Assembly (NCBI GenBank): GCA_963842525.1
Contig: CAWJGT010000003.1
Span: 256,001 to 320,000, forward strand
Origin: an uncultured Holophagales bacterium
GTDB taxonomy: Bacteria; Acidobacteriota; Thermoanaerobaculia; Multivoradales; UBA5704
Length of the DNA stretch: 64,000 bases
Direction of reading: 5' to 3'
Shown here: in pieces, positions 28,111-38,080 of the stretch
How the letters are laid out: the number at the start of each line of letters is the position of its first letter
Position numbering within the stretch: position 1 is the first letter of the stretch
The notes under the pieces: generated by a model
What the model was told of the DNA's origin: nothing
Database searches by the model: none
Seen by the model: the letters and a program-made list of their open reading frames with translations, nothing else
Program-made: the position numbers and the translations under genes

Positions 28111-28614
28111 ATGCAGATCGATTCACTTCAGAAACTCTACGTGGAAGAGCTCAAGGACATCTACAGCGCGGAAAAGCAGATTCTTCAAGCCCTTCCCAAG
28201 ATGGCGAAGAAGGCCTCCAACGAGCAGCTCCGTACAGCATTCCAGGAGCATCTCGAGCAGACGCGGGGCCAGGTCGAACGCCTCGACCGGATCTTCGAGC
28301 GGCTCGGCAAGAGCCCACGGGGCAAGAAGTGCAAGGGCATGGAGGGGCTCATCGAGGAGGGCAAGGAGGTCCTCGAGGAGGACATGGAGGACGAGGTGCG
28401 GGACGCCGCCCTGATCGCCGCCGCACAGAGGGTCGAGCACTACGAGATCGCCGCCTACGGCACCGTCCGCACCTATGCGGAGCTGCTGGGTGAGAAGGGG
28501 GACGCGAAGCTCCTCCAGCAGACGCTCGACGAGGAAGGCACTACGGACAAGAAGCTCAGCCAGCTCGCCGAGAGCACGGTCAACCTCGAGGCGCTGGAGC
28601 CTGTTGGAGCCTGA
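28111..28614 (+). CDS. yciF: YciE/YciF ferritin-like protein (DUF892)
   Basis: ELKDIYSAEKQ, HLEQT..QVERL, CKGMEGLI, AAQRVEHYEIAAYG. Confidence 0.93.
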   Translation: MQIDSLQKLYVEELKDIYSAEKQILQALPKMAKKASNEQLRTAFQEHLEQTRGQVERLDRIFERLGKSPRGKKCKGMEGLIEEGKEVLEEDMEDEVRDAALIAAAQRVEHYEIAAYGTVRTYAELLGEKGDAKLLQQTLDEEGTTDKKLSQLAESTVNLEALEPVGA

Positions 28615-28676
28615 CCGGCGAGATTCCTGCATATTGTTGACGGATCGAAGGTGGAGGGCGAGGAGAGACCGATCCG

Positions 28677-29564
28677 GTGACCGGAAAGAGCTCGTCGAGG
28701 GGGAGGCGGAAGGATCTGCGGCGCTCGGTGCGCGAGTATGCGCGTGGCGTGATCGGGGGCCTCATCTTCAGCCTCCCGCTCCTCTACACCATGGAAGTCT
28801 GGTGGGCCGGGTTCATCGCCCGGCCCTTGCATCTTCTCGCCTATTTCGCGGTCGGTTTCCTCCTTCTCTTCGGGTACAACCGATATGCCGGGCTCCACCG
28901 GGACGCGGGCTGGCTGGAGGTGGCTTTCGAGGCGGTCGAGGAGACGGGCCTCGGGCTGCTGGTGGCGACCGGCCTGCTCTGGCTCCTCGGGCAGATCGAC
29001 GCGACCATGACGGTGAGCGAGGTCATGGGCAAGATCGTCGTCGAGGCGGTCACGGTGGCCATCGGCGTCTCGGTCGGCTCCGCACAGCTCGGCGGTAATG
29101 GCAAGGCGGGCAAGACGGGCAAGGGGGATCAGGGGATGAAAGGGGGCGGGGAGAAGAACGAGCCTCCCCTCGGGCTGTCGGGGCACCTGGCGCTCTCGGC
29201 GTGCGGTGCGGTGCTGTTCGCCAGCAATGTGGCTCCGACCGAGGAGATCATCCAGATCGCCGTCGAGGCCTCGCGCTGGAAAGTGGTCGGGCTCGCCCTC
29301 CTCTCCCTGGCTTTGGCGGCGGTGATCCTCTTCTACAGCGACTTCCATGGCTCGGAATCGGCGCGCTCGCCCGAGGACGGACCGGGCGTCGTCGCCCTCC
29401 GGGTCTCGGTCAACTATGCGATGGCTCTGGCGGTCTCGGCCTTCATCCTCTGGTTCTTCGGCCGGTTCGACGGCGCCTCCCTGGGGATCGGCGTCTCCCT
29501 GACCGTGGTGCTGGGGGTTGCCGCGTCGCTCGGAGCGTCCGCGGGGAGGCTCCTCCTGGAATGA
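28677..29564 (+). CDS. TIGR02587/DUF2391 family integral membrane protein
   Basis: GGLIFSLPLLYTMEVWW, NVAPTEE, ASLGASAGRLLL. Confidence 0.88.
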   Translation: MTGKSSSRGRRKDLRRSVREYARGVIGGLIFSLPLLYTMEVWWAGFIARPLHLLAYFAVGFLLLFGYNRYAGLHRDAGWLEVAFEAVEETGLGLLVATGLLWLLGQIDATMTVSEVMGKIVVEAVTVAIGVSVGSAQLGGNGKAGKTGKGDQGMKGGGEKNEPPLGLSGHLALSACGAVLFASNVAPTEEIIQIAVEASRWKVVGLALLSLALAAVILFYSDFHGSESARSPEDGPGVVALRVSVNYAMALAVSAFILWFFGRFDGASLGIGVSLTVVLGVAASLGASAGRLLLE

Positions 29565-29944
29565 GCAGGCTCGAAAAGAACCCGCTGGAATGGACCGTCT
29601 TCACGTTCGGCCTTCTCGCCGTGCTCGCCACGGTCGGATTTCTGGTCTACGACGCGGCGACGGTCGACGATGCACCGCCGGACCTGCGGGTCGAGATCGG
29701 CCAACCCCTCCGCCGCTCCGGGGCTTTCGCGGTGCCGGTCACGGTGCACAATCGCGGCAGCGAGACGGCCGAAGGGGTCAGCGTGGAGGTCGTGCTCCAG
29801 GTGCCGGGAAGCCCGCCGGAGACCGCCGGCTTCGAGGTCTCCTTCGTCCCTCGCCAGTCCAGGCGCGAAGGGTGGGTCACCTTCCGCCAGGACCCCCGCC
29901 TGGGCCGGCTGACCGGCCGCGCGGCCGGCTACGAAACCCCCTGA
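29561..29944 (+). CDS. TIGR02588 family protein
   Basis: KNPLEWTVF + TM, V.N.G..TAE.V.VEV, FVP..S...G...F..DP, GYETP; ATGA overlap with the upstream gene. Confidence 0.85.
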   Translation: MSRLEKNPLEWTVFTFGLLAVLATVGFLVYDAATVDDAPPDLRVEIGQPLRRSGAFAVPVTVHNRGSETAEGVSVEVVLQVPGSPPETAGFEVSFVPRQSRREGWVTFRQDPRLGRLTGRAAGYETP

Positions 29945-29995
29945 CCGAGGTGTGATAGGGTCTGGCGCTTGCGCCGAGAGTGAAGGAGCGTACGT

Positions 29996-31915
29996 TTGGA
30001 AACGTCATCCGTCGTCAGCGGGCCGGCTTCTTCCCACAACGATCAAGACGACGACAGCGGTCTTCGGCCCCTGGCCGGGCTGGCCCTCGGCGCCCTGGGA
30101 GTGGTCTACGGCGACATCGGCACGAGCCCGCTCTATGCCCTGCGCGAGTGCTTCCACGGCTCGCATGCGGTGCCGCCGACGCCCGTCAACGTGCTCGGCG
30201 TCCTGTCCCTGATCTTCTGGTCGCTGATCATCGTCATCTCGATCAAATACCTGGTCTTCGTCATGCGCGCCGACAACCGGGGCGAGGGAGGCATCCTGGC
30301 GCTCCTGGCCCTGATCCGGACGGAACGGGGCCGCCGCGGGATCCTGATCGCTCTGGGGCTCTTCGGCGCCTCCCTGCTCTACGGGGATGGCATGATCTCT
30401 CCCGCGATGGCCGTGATCAGCGCGGTCGAGGGCCTGGGCGTGGCGACCTCGTTCTTCGATCCATACATCGTCCCGATCACGATCGTCATCCTGATCGGGC
30501 TGTTCATGTTGCAGCGGCGGGGCACCGGCGGAATCGGCGCCCTGTTCGGCCCGGTGATGATCGTCTGGTTCATTGTCATTGCCGCGCTGGGGATCCGCTG
30601 GATCGTCCAGGAGCCCGGGGTGCTCGCTGCGATCAATCCTTGGTACGCCGTGGTTTTCTTCGCACGGAACGGCGTCAAGGGATTCCTGGTGCTCGGCTCC
30701 GTGTTCCTCGTCGTCACCGGCGGCGAGTCGCTCTACGCGGACATGGGGCATTTCGGGCGGATCCCGATCCGGCTCGCCTGGTTCAGCCTGGTGCTCCCCG
30801 CCTTGTTGCTCAATTATTTCGGGCAGGGCGCGCTGCTGCTGCGCGAGCCCGGCGCCGCCGAGCACGTCTTCTACCGGCTGGTGCCGCAGTCTCCCTGGCT
30901 GCTCTACCCGCTGGTCGCCCTGGCCATGGTCGCGACGGTGATCGCTTCGCAGGCGGTCATCGCGGGCGCCTTCTCGCTCACCCGCCAGGCTGTCCAGCTC
31001 GGCTACACCCCGCGCGTCGAGATCGTCCATACCTCGGAAGAGGAGATCGGGCAGATCTACATCCCGTCCATCAACTGGATCCTGATGTTGTCCACGATCG
31101 GCCTGGTGCTCGGGTTCCAGAAATCGACCAACCTGGCCGCCGCCTATGGGGTCGCCGTCACCACCACCATGGTGATCACCACGTTCCTGGCCTACGTCGT
31201 AGCCCGCGAGCTGTGGGGATGGGGCCGGATCTCGGCCGTGCTGCTGATGGGGGCCTTCCTGGTGATCGACCTCGCGTTCTTCAGCGCGAACATCGTGAAG
31301 GTCCCTGACGGCGGCTGGTTCCCGCTGGTGATCGCCAGCCTCGTCTATTTGTTGATGACCACCTGGAAGCAGGGCCGCAGGCTTCTCGCCGAGCGCACCG
31401 GCGAAGGCGCCCTGCCGCTCGAGGAGTTCGTGCGCCAGGTCCAGCCGGGCTCCCCGATCCGCGTACCGGGCACCGCGGTCTTCCTGACCACCAATCCACA
31501 GGGGACGCCCACCACCCTGCTCCACAACCTCAAGCACAACAAGGTCCTGCACGAGCAGGTGGTGTCGATGACGGTGGTGACCGAGGAGGTGCCGAGCGTG
31601 CCGCAGCGCAACCGGGTGGACATCGAGCCGCTGGAGAAGGGGTTCTACCGGGTGATCGCCCACTACGGCTTCACGCAGGACCCCTGGGCGGCCCAGGTGG
31701 TCGAGGCGTTGCGGGACAAAGGCCTGATCCTCGACCCCATGCGAACGACGTACTTCCTCGGCCGCGAGACGCTGATCCCGGTCCGGGGCGGCGGCATGAT
31801 GACCTGGCGCAAGAGGCTTTTCGTCGTGATGGCAAGGAATGCGGTCCGCTTCACCGACTTCTTCCGCATCCCGGTCAACCGGGTGGTCGAGCTCGGGATG
31901 CAGATCCGGCTGTAG
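29996..31915 (+). CDS. kup: KUP/HAK/KT potassium transporter
   Basis: GVVYGDIGTSPLY, ADNRGEGG, LYADMGHFG, HNLKHNKVLHE, VVELG. Confidence 0.97.
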   Translation: METSSVVSGPASSHNDQDDDSGLRPLAGLALGALGVVYGDIGTSPLYALRECFHGSHAVPPTPVNVLGVLSLIFWSLIIVISIKYLVFVMRADNRGEGGILALLALIRTERGRRGILIALGLFGASLLYGDGMISPAMAVISAVEGLGVATSFFDPYIVPITIVILIGLFMLQRRGTGGIGALFGPVMIVWFIVIAALGIRWIVQEPGVLAAINPWYAVVFFARNGVKGFLVLGSVFLVVTGGESLYADMGHFGRIPIRLAWFSLVLPALLLNYFGQGALLLREPGAAEHVFYRLVPQSPWLLYPLVALAMVATVIASQAVIAGAFSLTRQAVQLGYTPRVEIVHTSEEEIGQIYIPSINWILMLSTIGLVLGFQKSTNLAAAYGVAVTTTMVITTFLAYVVARELWGWGRISAVLLMGAFLVIDLAFFSANIVKVPDGGWFPLVIASLVYLLMTTWKQGRRLLAERTGEGALPLEEFVRQVQPGSPIRVPGTAVFLTTNPQGTPTTLLHNLKHNKVLHEQVVSMTVVTEEVPSVPQRNRVDIEPLEKGFYRVIAHYGFTQDPWAAQVVEALRDKGLILDPMRTTYFLGRETLIPVRGGGMMTWRKRLFVVMARNAVRFTDFFRIPVNRVVELGMQIRL

Positions 31916-31917
31916 AC

Positions 31918-31974
31918 CCTCACCCCCTGGCCCCCTCTCCCATCCGCACTCACGCCCGCCCGGGAGAGGGGGAA
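31918..31974 (+). repeat. REP-like unit between convergent genes
   Basis: CCTCACCCCCTGGCCCCCTCTCCC...CCGGGAGAGGGGG. Confidence 0.85.
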
Positions 31975-31988
31975 TGGATCAAACGGGA

Positions 31989-33347
31989 TCAGACTCCCGG
32001 CATCGCCTTCTTGAGCGGCTTGAGCAGCAGGGCCAGCACCACGGCCATGAAGAGCGACAGGGCGCCCAACATGGCGAAGAAGGTGGAGTGCAGCATGTCG
32101 TCCCAGAGGACGCCGACGCCGGTCAGCTTGTTGCCGATGGCCGTGGCCAGGAACCAGCCGCCCATCATCAGGCCGCGCAGGCGGATCGGGGCGACCTTGG
32201 AGACGAGCGACAGGCCCATGGGCGAGAGCATCAGCTCGCCGAGCGTGATCACCCCGTAAGCACCGACCAGCCATGCCGGCGAGACCCGGCCCACGTCGCC
32301 GCCCGCCTTGCCGGCGAAGTACATGACGAAGTAGGCGGCGCCCGTCAGGCACATGCCGATCGCCATCTTGGTCGGCGTCGACGGCTCGCGTCCGCGCTTG
32401 TCGAGGGCTCCCCAGAACCAGATCAGAGGGAAGGTCAGGAGGATCACCCACCCCGGGTTGATCGCGTTCGAGATGATGCCGCTGACTTCCCAGTCGGTGT
32501 TGTCGTTGGCCCAGTAGGTCCATGTCGTCTGGTTCTGATGGAACACCATCCAGAAGACGATGACGATCAGGAAGATGACGATCAGGGCCAGGATCCGCCG
32601 CGAGTCGGGGACGAGGTCGATCGGGTTCTGCCGGCTCACGCCTTTGGGCGGGAGGTCCACCGCGACGGCGGCGGACGAGGACGGCGCCTTCAAGCCTGGA
32701 CGGTCGGCCGCTTCCACGTGGCGCTTGAAGAACCAGAGGATGGCGACCGAGATCACCATGCCCAGGGCGCCCATGAAGAAGGCCGGGTGATAGCCGAACC
32801 GGTTCACCATGAATTCGGCGACCACCGGCGCCAGGAAGGCTCCGATGTTGATGCCCATGTAGAAGATGTTGTAGGCGCGGTCCTTGAGGTGGCTCCCCTC
32901 CGGATAGAGGTTGCCCACCATGGCCGAGACGTTGGGCTTGAAGAAGCCGTTGCCGACGACCAGGCAGGCGAGGGCCGCGATCATGACCGGGACCGACCGG
33001 ACCGCCAGCAGGGCATGGCCGGCCATGAAGAAAAGGCCGCCCAGCATCACCGACCTGCGGTAGCCCAGCTTGCGGTCGGCGATCAGGCCGCCGATCAGGG
33101 GGCTGGCGTAGACGAACGCCAGGTACCAGGACCAGATCCCGGTGGCGCGGTCCTGGCTCCAGCCGAACCCCTGATCGGAGTTCTGGACGTAGAGGGCCCA
33201 CATCCCTCCCACGGTGTAGAAGCTGAAACGCTCCCACATCTCGGTGAAGAAGAGGACGTAGAGGCCCTTCGGATGCCGGTCGGCTCCGCTGCCCCCATGG
33301 GCTGTATCCAGCGCGGAAGCGGCTTCATTCGCGATACGTGTGCTCAT
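31989..33347 (-). CDS. POT/PTR family proton-dependent oligopeptide transporter
   Basis: HPKGL..LFFTEMWERFSFY, GNGFFKPN, FYMGINIG, GELMLSPMGLS. Confidence 0.95.
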   Translation of the reverse strand: MSTRIANEAASALDTAHGGSGADRHPKGLYVLFFTEMWERFSFYTVGGMWALYVQNSDQGFGWSQDRATGIWSWYLAFVYASPLIGGLIADRKLGYRRSVMLGGLFFMAGHALLAVRSVPVMIAALACLVVGNGFFKPNVSAMVGNLYPEGSHLKDRAYNIFYMGINIGAFLAPVVAEFMVNRFGYHPAFFMGALGMVISVAILWFFKRHVEAADRPGLKAPSSSAAVAVDLPPKGVSRQNPIDLVPDSRRILALIVIFLIVIVFWMVFHQNQTTWTYWANDNTDWEVSGIISNAINPGWVILLTFPLIWFWGALDKRGREPSTPTKMAIGMCLTGAAYFVMYFAGKAGGDVGRVSPAWLVGAYGVITLGELMLSPMGLSLVSKVAPIRLRGLMMGGWFLATAIGNKLTGVGVLWDDMLHSTFFAMLGALSLFMAVVLALLLKPLKKAMPGV

Positions 33348-33716
33348 GCTCGAGCTTCCTCCTTCCCTCCGGCGATTTCGGATGTCCGATCGATGGCCAT
33401 GAGTCGCTCGATCCTCCGCAAAGGGAATGAATGGTTGCGGCTCCCGGCTCCAAGCCGCGCCTCCTCACTTCGACTGGCGGGCGGGAGCTTACCATGCGCC
33501 ATGCGCCGCGCCGTAGGGCTCAGCAAGGCGGGTGCCAGAGGCCGCCCTCACCCACCTGGCCCCCGAAGGGCAGCGAAGCTCGTCCTCGACCGAGGACAGG
33601 GGTGTGCTCGAAAAGGCGACGGTTTCCCGCGCCCCGTTTTCAGGCTCTCCGGCCCAAGGACACCCAAACCCTTGTGGCGCAGTGCTTTCCACTTCGGGTC
33701 AGGGAGCGGCGGCGTA

Positions 33717-33732
33717 TGGCACCCCGATTGCT
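33717..33732 (+). promoter_or_regulatory. sigma54 (-24/-12) promoter
   Basis: TGGCAC-CCCGA-TTGCT. Confidence 0.6.
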
Positions 33733-33742
33733 CTCTCGGAAT

Positions 33743-33847
33743 AGTGGCCTATCCGACCCGCGGCGAGCAATCGCCGCGCGGCACCCTGAGGGAAGCCGGA
33801 CAGCTCGTCGTTTCGTTCCGGCTTCCCTCCCCTCCTCTCCTCCTCCG
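33743..33847 (+). ncRNA. candidate small RNA (two hairpins plus CU-rich tail)
   Basis: Follows the sigma54 motif; CGCGGCGA-GCAA-TCGCCGCG (33759-33778) and GAGGGAAGCCGGA-N16-TCCGGCTTCCCTC (33788-33829). Confidence 0.35.
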
Positions 33848-33874
33848 GACCGCAAGATCGTAGAATTGGCGCTC

Positions 33875-34990
33875 ATGAAGCCGTCCGACCCCCTGTCGCC
33901 CTTGCGCGACTCGCTCGCCGAGATCGACCGCGCCCTGCTCGAGCTGCTGCGCCGCCGCATGGAGCTGGCCGCCGAGGTCGGCCGCATCAAGGCCGAGAGC
34001 GCCATGCCGGTCGTCGTGCGCGACGTCGAGGACCGGGTGCTCACCCGCGCCCGCCAGCACGCCGAGGCCTGCGGCGTCTCCGAAGAGGTCATGGCAAGCG
34101 TCTTCGAGGCCATCATCCGCGGCTCGGTCGAACGCCAGTACCGGGTCGGCATCTCGCTGCGCCAGCAGCGCGGCGGGCGGATGCTGATCGTCGGCGGCGC
34201 CGGCGGCATGGGCGGCTGGTTCCGTGGCTTCCTCGAGCTGGCCGGGCACGAGGTGGACATCGCCGATCCGTCCTACGCCAGCGTGCCGGAGGCGCCCGGG
34301 CGCTATCGCAGCCTGGACGGCGTGGACGACCTCGACGGCTACGCGGCGATCCTGGTCTCGGTCCCGCTCTCCCGCACGGCGGTGGTCCTGCAGCAGGTCG
34401 TGGAGCGGCGGCCAAGGGGGTCGGTCATCGAGCTCGCCTCCATCAAGGCGCCGCTCACCGGCGTGCTGGAGCGGGCGCGCGAGCTGGGGGTGCGCGTCTT
34501 CGCCCTGCACCCGATGTTCGGCCCGGGCAAGTCGTTCTACGAGACCCTGACCTTCGTCCTCGCCACGCAGGGCGATCCGGCGGAGGAGAAGCGGGAGCTG
34601 GAGCAGTTCATCCGCCACCCCTACACGCGGCTGGTGGCCGTCGCCTTCCCTCACCATGACCGGCTCATGGGCTGGCTCCTCGGCCTCGCCCACCTGAGCA
34701 ACATCTTGTTCGGCGCCGCCCTCACACAGGCCGGGATCGACGCCGAAGAGCTGCACGACTGCGCCTCCACCACCTTCCGCCGCCAGGCCGAGGCGGCCCT
34801 CCTGGTGCTCGGACAGAACTCGGACCTCTATCTCGACATCCAGCACCTGAACCCGCACCGCCACGAGGTCTACACCGCGACGCGCGAGGCCCTCGACAAG
34901 ATCCAGGCGCTGGTGGAAAAGCACGACCGCGAGGGCTTCCGCCAGCTCATGGTCGCGTCGCGGGGGCTGCTGGAGCGGGAGGAGGGGTAA
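33875..34990 (+). CDS. tyrA: bifunctional chorismate mutase / prephenate dehydrogenase
   Basis: LRDSLAEIDRALLELLRRRM (CM); IVGGAGGMG, ELASIK, HPMFGP, HDRLM (PDH); TAGAAT 8 nt before the ATG suggests a leaderless mRNA. Confidence 0.88.
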   Translation: MKPSDPLSPLRDSLAEIDRALLELLRRRMELAAEVGRIKAESAMPVVVRDVEDRVLTRARQHAEACGVSEEVMASVFEAIIRGSVERQYRVGISLRQQRGGRMLIVGGAGGMGGWFRGFLELAGHEVDIADPSYASVPEAPGRYRSLDGVDDLDGYAAILVSVPLSRTAVVLQQVVERRPRGSVIELASIKAPLTGVLERARELGVRVFALHPMFGPGKSFYETLTFVLATQGDPAEEKRELEQFIRHPYTRLVAVAFPHHDRLMGWLLGLAHLSNILFGAALTQAGIDAEELHDCASTTFRRQAEAALLVLGQNSDLYLDIQHLNPHRHEVYTATREALDKIQALVEKHDREGFRQLMVASRGLLEREEG

Positions 34991-35053
34991 GACCCTACGT
35001 TTCGCCATGGCACGCCGCTTGAACCGCCGGGAAGGATAGGAGGGAGGGACGAC

Positions 35054-35338
35054 ATGCAGATCGAAGTCCAGCACGATGAGCAGGCGCAGAAGTACTACGT
35101 CCTGACCGACGGCATGGAGTCGGTCCTCAAATACAGCCCTGCCGGGGAGCGGACCCTCAACTTCCGGAGCACGTACGTGCCGCCGGAGCTGCGCGGCCGG
35201 GGCATCGCGGACGAGATCGTGCGGGTCGCCCTGGATGACGCCCTGGAACAGGGGTACAAAGTCATCCCCTCCTGCTGGTTCGTCCGCGTCTACATGGATC
35301 GCCACCCCGCCAAGTACCAACAGCTCCGCGCCGGGTAG
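35054..35338 (+). CDS. minimal GNAT N-acetyltransferase (YjdJ-like)
   Basis: TYVPPELRGRGIA, KVIPSCWFV. Confidence 0.92.
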   Translation: MQIEVQHDEQAQKYYVLTDGMESVLKYSPAGERTLNFRSTYVPPELRGRGIADEIVRVALDDALEQGYKVIPSCWFVRVYMDRHPAKYQQLRAG

Positions 35339-35420
35339 CCTCACCCCCTGAGAAAGCCTCCGCAAGTCGCGGTCGACGTCCCTGCGGTCCGCGCGACAGG
35401 GACCACGGTCCGTAACAGGA

Positions 35421-37106
35421 CTAGGGCCGGGCCGCTTCTGCCTGTGCCGCCTTGCCGAACGTTTCGCCGAAGAAATCGCCCGGATTCCAGCTCGGCGCCG
35501 CATCTTCCTGCGCCACCTGCCAGGCGAGCATGAAATTGAGCCGCGCGAACGTCGCGCCGGAAGCGAAGTCGAACGTCTGGCGCATGTCATCGCCCGGCTT
35601 GTGGTAGGTGGTCTGCCGCCATTTCATGAGGAGCTCTCCAGTGGCGGCGGGATCGTCTGACTTCAGACCGTTGGTCAGGAAGAGGGCCGGGATCCCCTGG
35701 CGGACGAAGGAGAGCTGGTCGCTGCGGATGAAGACCACCTCCTCCGGAAAAGGGTCCGGGCTCACCGTGAGGCCCAGGCGGCCGGCCGCCGGCTCGACGA
35801 GCTTGCCGAGGCTCGAATGCTCCGCCCCGAAGGCCACGACGTCGCGCACGGGATAGAGCATCAGGAACATGTCGAGGTTGATGTTGGCGACGATCCTGCC
35901 GCGGGGCAGGGTCGGATGGCGGGCGAAATAGTCCGATCCCTGAAGCCCCTGCTCCTCGGCGGTCACAGCAAGGAACAGCAGCGAGCGCCGGGGCCGCTCT
36001 CCAAGGCTCGCGAAGGCGTAGGCCACCTCCAGCAGGACCGCGATCCCGGATGCGTTGTCGTAGGCCCCGTTGTAGATGGAGTCGCCGTCGATCGGCGCGC
36101 CGATGCCCATGTGGTCGAGGTGGGCGGACAGGACGACGTACTCGTCGCGCAGGACCGGATCCCAGCCGGGCACCACGCCGGCCACGTTGGGGCTCTCGGC
36201 GCGCTCGTGCCGGCTCACCGTGCGCAGGCTCGCCTGGACGGGTAGCTCGAACGACTGCGGCCGGCCCTCCTTGGCGCCTGCGAAGACCTGCTCCAGCGAG
36301 CGGGGCGTCCCCGCGAAGAGGTCCTCCGCCGCCTTGCGGCTGAGCAGGCCGACGCCACGCACCGAAGGAAAGGCGTAGAAGGGCTGGCCCGTCTCGTCGA
36401 GCCACAGGAAGCCCGGCTCCTTGCTGGACCGCGCCATGTTCTCCCAGCGGATCCGCTGCTCGTCCTCCGGAGTCAGCACCCCGAGGACGCCAACGGCCCC
36501 GTGCGCAACGAGGTTTTCCCGTTTCAGCAAAGTCGACGAGTACCAGGCATGCTGGTCGCTCGGGAAGGCAGCCGGGGCGCCGGACAGGAGCACGACGATC
36601 TTCCCGCGGACGTCGATGCCGGCATAGTCGTCATACCCCAGCGCGGTGGCAGTGACACCGTAGCCGACGAAGACCACGGGAGCCGTGACGCTCGAATCCT
36701 CCTCGGCAAGGGTCTGGGACTGGAGGAGGAAGTCCTCGCCTGCCTCGAGCTCGGTCCGCTTGCCGTCGCGAATCAGCGCCAGGGAGGACCCGTCCGCGAC
36801 CGGAGTGGCCTTGCGCAGCGGAACAGCCTGGAAGTAGCCGCCCGCCTCGCCCCCCGGCTTGAGCCCCAGCGCCTCGAACCGCGCCGCCACATACTTTGCC
36901 GCCAGCTCGTAGCCGCGCGAGCCGGTGCCGCGGCCCTCCAGCAGGTCGTCCGCCAGGAACCGCATATGGGCCTGGATCGCCTCAGGCTGGATCCGCGACA
37001 GGGCCAGGTCCACTTCCGCCCCGGCTGGATGCGCGACAGCCGGAGGAACCAGCGCGAGAACACAGACAGCGGCGAGGGCGGCTTTTTGAGGGCGCGATGC
37101 GGGCAT
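35421..37106 (-). CDS. secreted M28 family metallopeptidase with PA domain
   Basis: Signal peptide; LADDLLEGRGTG, SAHLDH, NGAYDNASG, TAEEQGL, NLDM, RSDQ, YHKPGD. Confidence 0.94.
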   Translation of the reverse strand: MPASRPQKAALAAVCVLALVPPAVAHPAGAEVDLALSRIQPEAIQAHMRFLADDLLEGRGTGSRGYELAAKYVAARFEALGLKPGGEAGGYFQAVPLRKATPVADGSSLALIRDGKRTELEAGEDFLLQSQTLAEEDSSVTAPVVFVGYGVTATALGYDDYAGIDVRGKIVVLLSGAPAAFPSDQHAWYSSTLLKRENLVAHGAVGVLGVLTPEDEQRIRWENMARSSKEPGFLWLDETGQPFYAFPSVRGVGLLSRKAAEDLFAGTPRSLEQVFAGAKEGRPQSFELPVQASLRTVSRHERAESPNVAGVVPGWDPVLRDEYVVLSAHLDHMGIGAPIDGDSIYNGAYDNASGIAVLLEVAYAFASLGERPRRSLLFLAVTAEEQGLQGSDYFARHPTLPRGRIVANINLDMFLMLYPVRDVVAFGAEHSSLGKLVEPAAGRLGLTVSPDPFPEEVVFIRSDQLSFVRQGIPALFLTNGLKSDDPAATGELLMKWRQTTYHKPGDDMRQTFDFASGATFARLNFMLAWQVAQEDAAPSWNPGDFFGETFGKAAQAEAARP

Positions 37107-37203
37107 TCGTTCCTCCTGGTGACATCGATCCGCGCGCCATTCTACTCGCGCGGGGCCAGCGGTCACGCCAGCGACGCCTACGGCGTGGTACGATTTTGGT
37201 CCA

Positions 37204-37602
37204 ATGACATTGAACATCAACATCGCCAGGGACTTGGAGATGGGGCTGCGCGCGGCCGCCGGGCGCGAGGGCTTGCCGCTCGATAACTATGTCCTGCAGG
37301 TGATCGAAGGACACCTGCGCGCCGTTGATGATCCGACTGGCGACAATGAGACGGCCTTGCTGCAGCAGGTCAACCTTGGTCTTTCCGACGAGGCTTGGCA
37401 TCGCCTCCGTGCACTTTCGGCGAAACGCCAGGCCGAATCCCTGAGCCAAGACGAGCAGGCGGAGCTCATCCAGCTCTCCGATGCGATGGAGCAGGCGAAC
37501 GCGCGCCGCATCGCGGCGCTCGCCAAGCTGGCTGAAATGCGCGGCACCACATTGGACGCGCTGATGGCGGATTTGGAGCTCGCTTCGCCGGGGTATGTCT
37601 GA
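37204..37602 (+). CDS. hypothetical protein, putative antitoxin-like partner of the HNH gene
   Basis: N-terminal RHH-like segment, LS.DEQAELIQL....EQANARR..AL..LA..RG; 8-bp overlap with HNH. Confidence 0.75.
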   Translation: MTLNINIARDLEMGLRAAAGREGLPLDNYVLQVIEGHLRAVDDPTGDNETALLQQVNLGLSDEAWHRLRALSAKRQAESLSQDEQAELIQLSDAMEQANARRIAALAKLAEMRGTTLDALMADLELASPGYV

Positions 37603-38020
37603 GCCGCAGCTCACATCCTCCTTGAAGGCGTTGGTCGCCGAACGGGCTCGGCTCTGTTGCGAATACTGTCTCAGCCAGTTGCGGTACTCGCCCGACCCGT
37701 TTTCGGTTGAGCATATTATCCCGCGTGCCCGCGGTGGTACCGATGATCCGGCCAACCTTGCGCTCGCATGTTCGGGATGCAACGGCCGAAAATACACGCA
37801 TGTCGTGGCCGTCGACCCCGTGACCGGCGAAGACGCGCCGCTCTTTCATCCAAGGCGGCACCGTTGGTCCGACCATTTCATGTGGAGCGAGGACTTCACC
37901 GAGATCCTCGGCCTGACCCGGACTGGGCGGGCAACTGTCCAAAAGTTGGTGCTCAATCGGCCCGGTGTAGTCAACCTACGCCGCACCCTTGCTGGCATTG
38001 CCAGGCACCCTCCAGAGTAG
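37595..38020 (+). CDS. HNH endonuclease
   Basis: RA...CEYC, EHIIP...GGT....NLALAC..CN..K, LFHPR. Confidence 0.92.
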   Translation: MSEPQLTSSLKALVAERARLCCEYCLSQLRYSPDPFSVEHIIPRARGGTDDPANLALACSGCNGRKYTHVVAVDPVTGEDAPLFHPRRHRWSDHFMWSEDFTEILGLTRTGRATVQKLVLNRPGVVNLRRTLAGIARHPPE

Positions 38021-38080
38021 CCGCAAAGGAATAACAGAACCGCGCAGAGTCCGGAGCCGTCCGCGTGGACCTGTGTGCGG

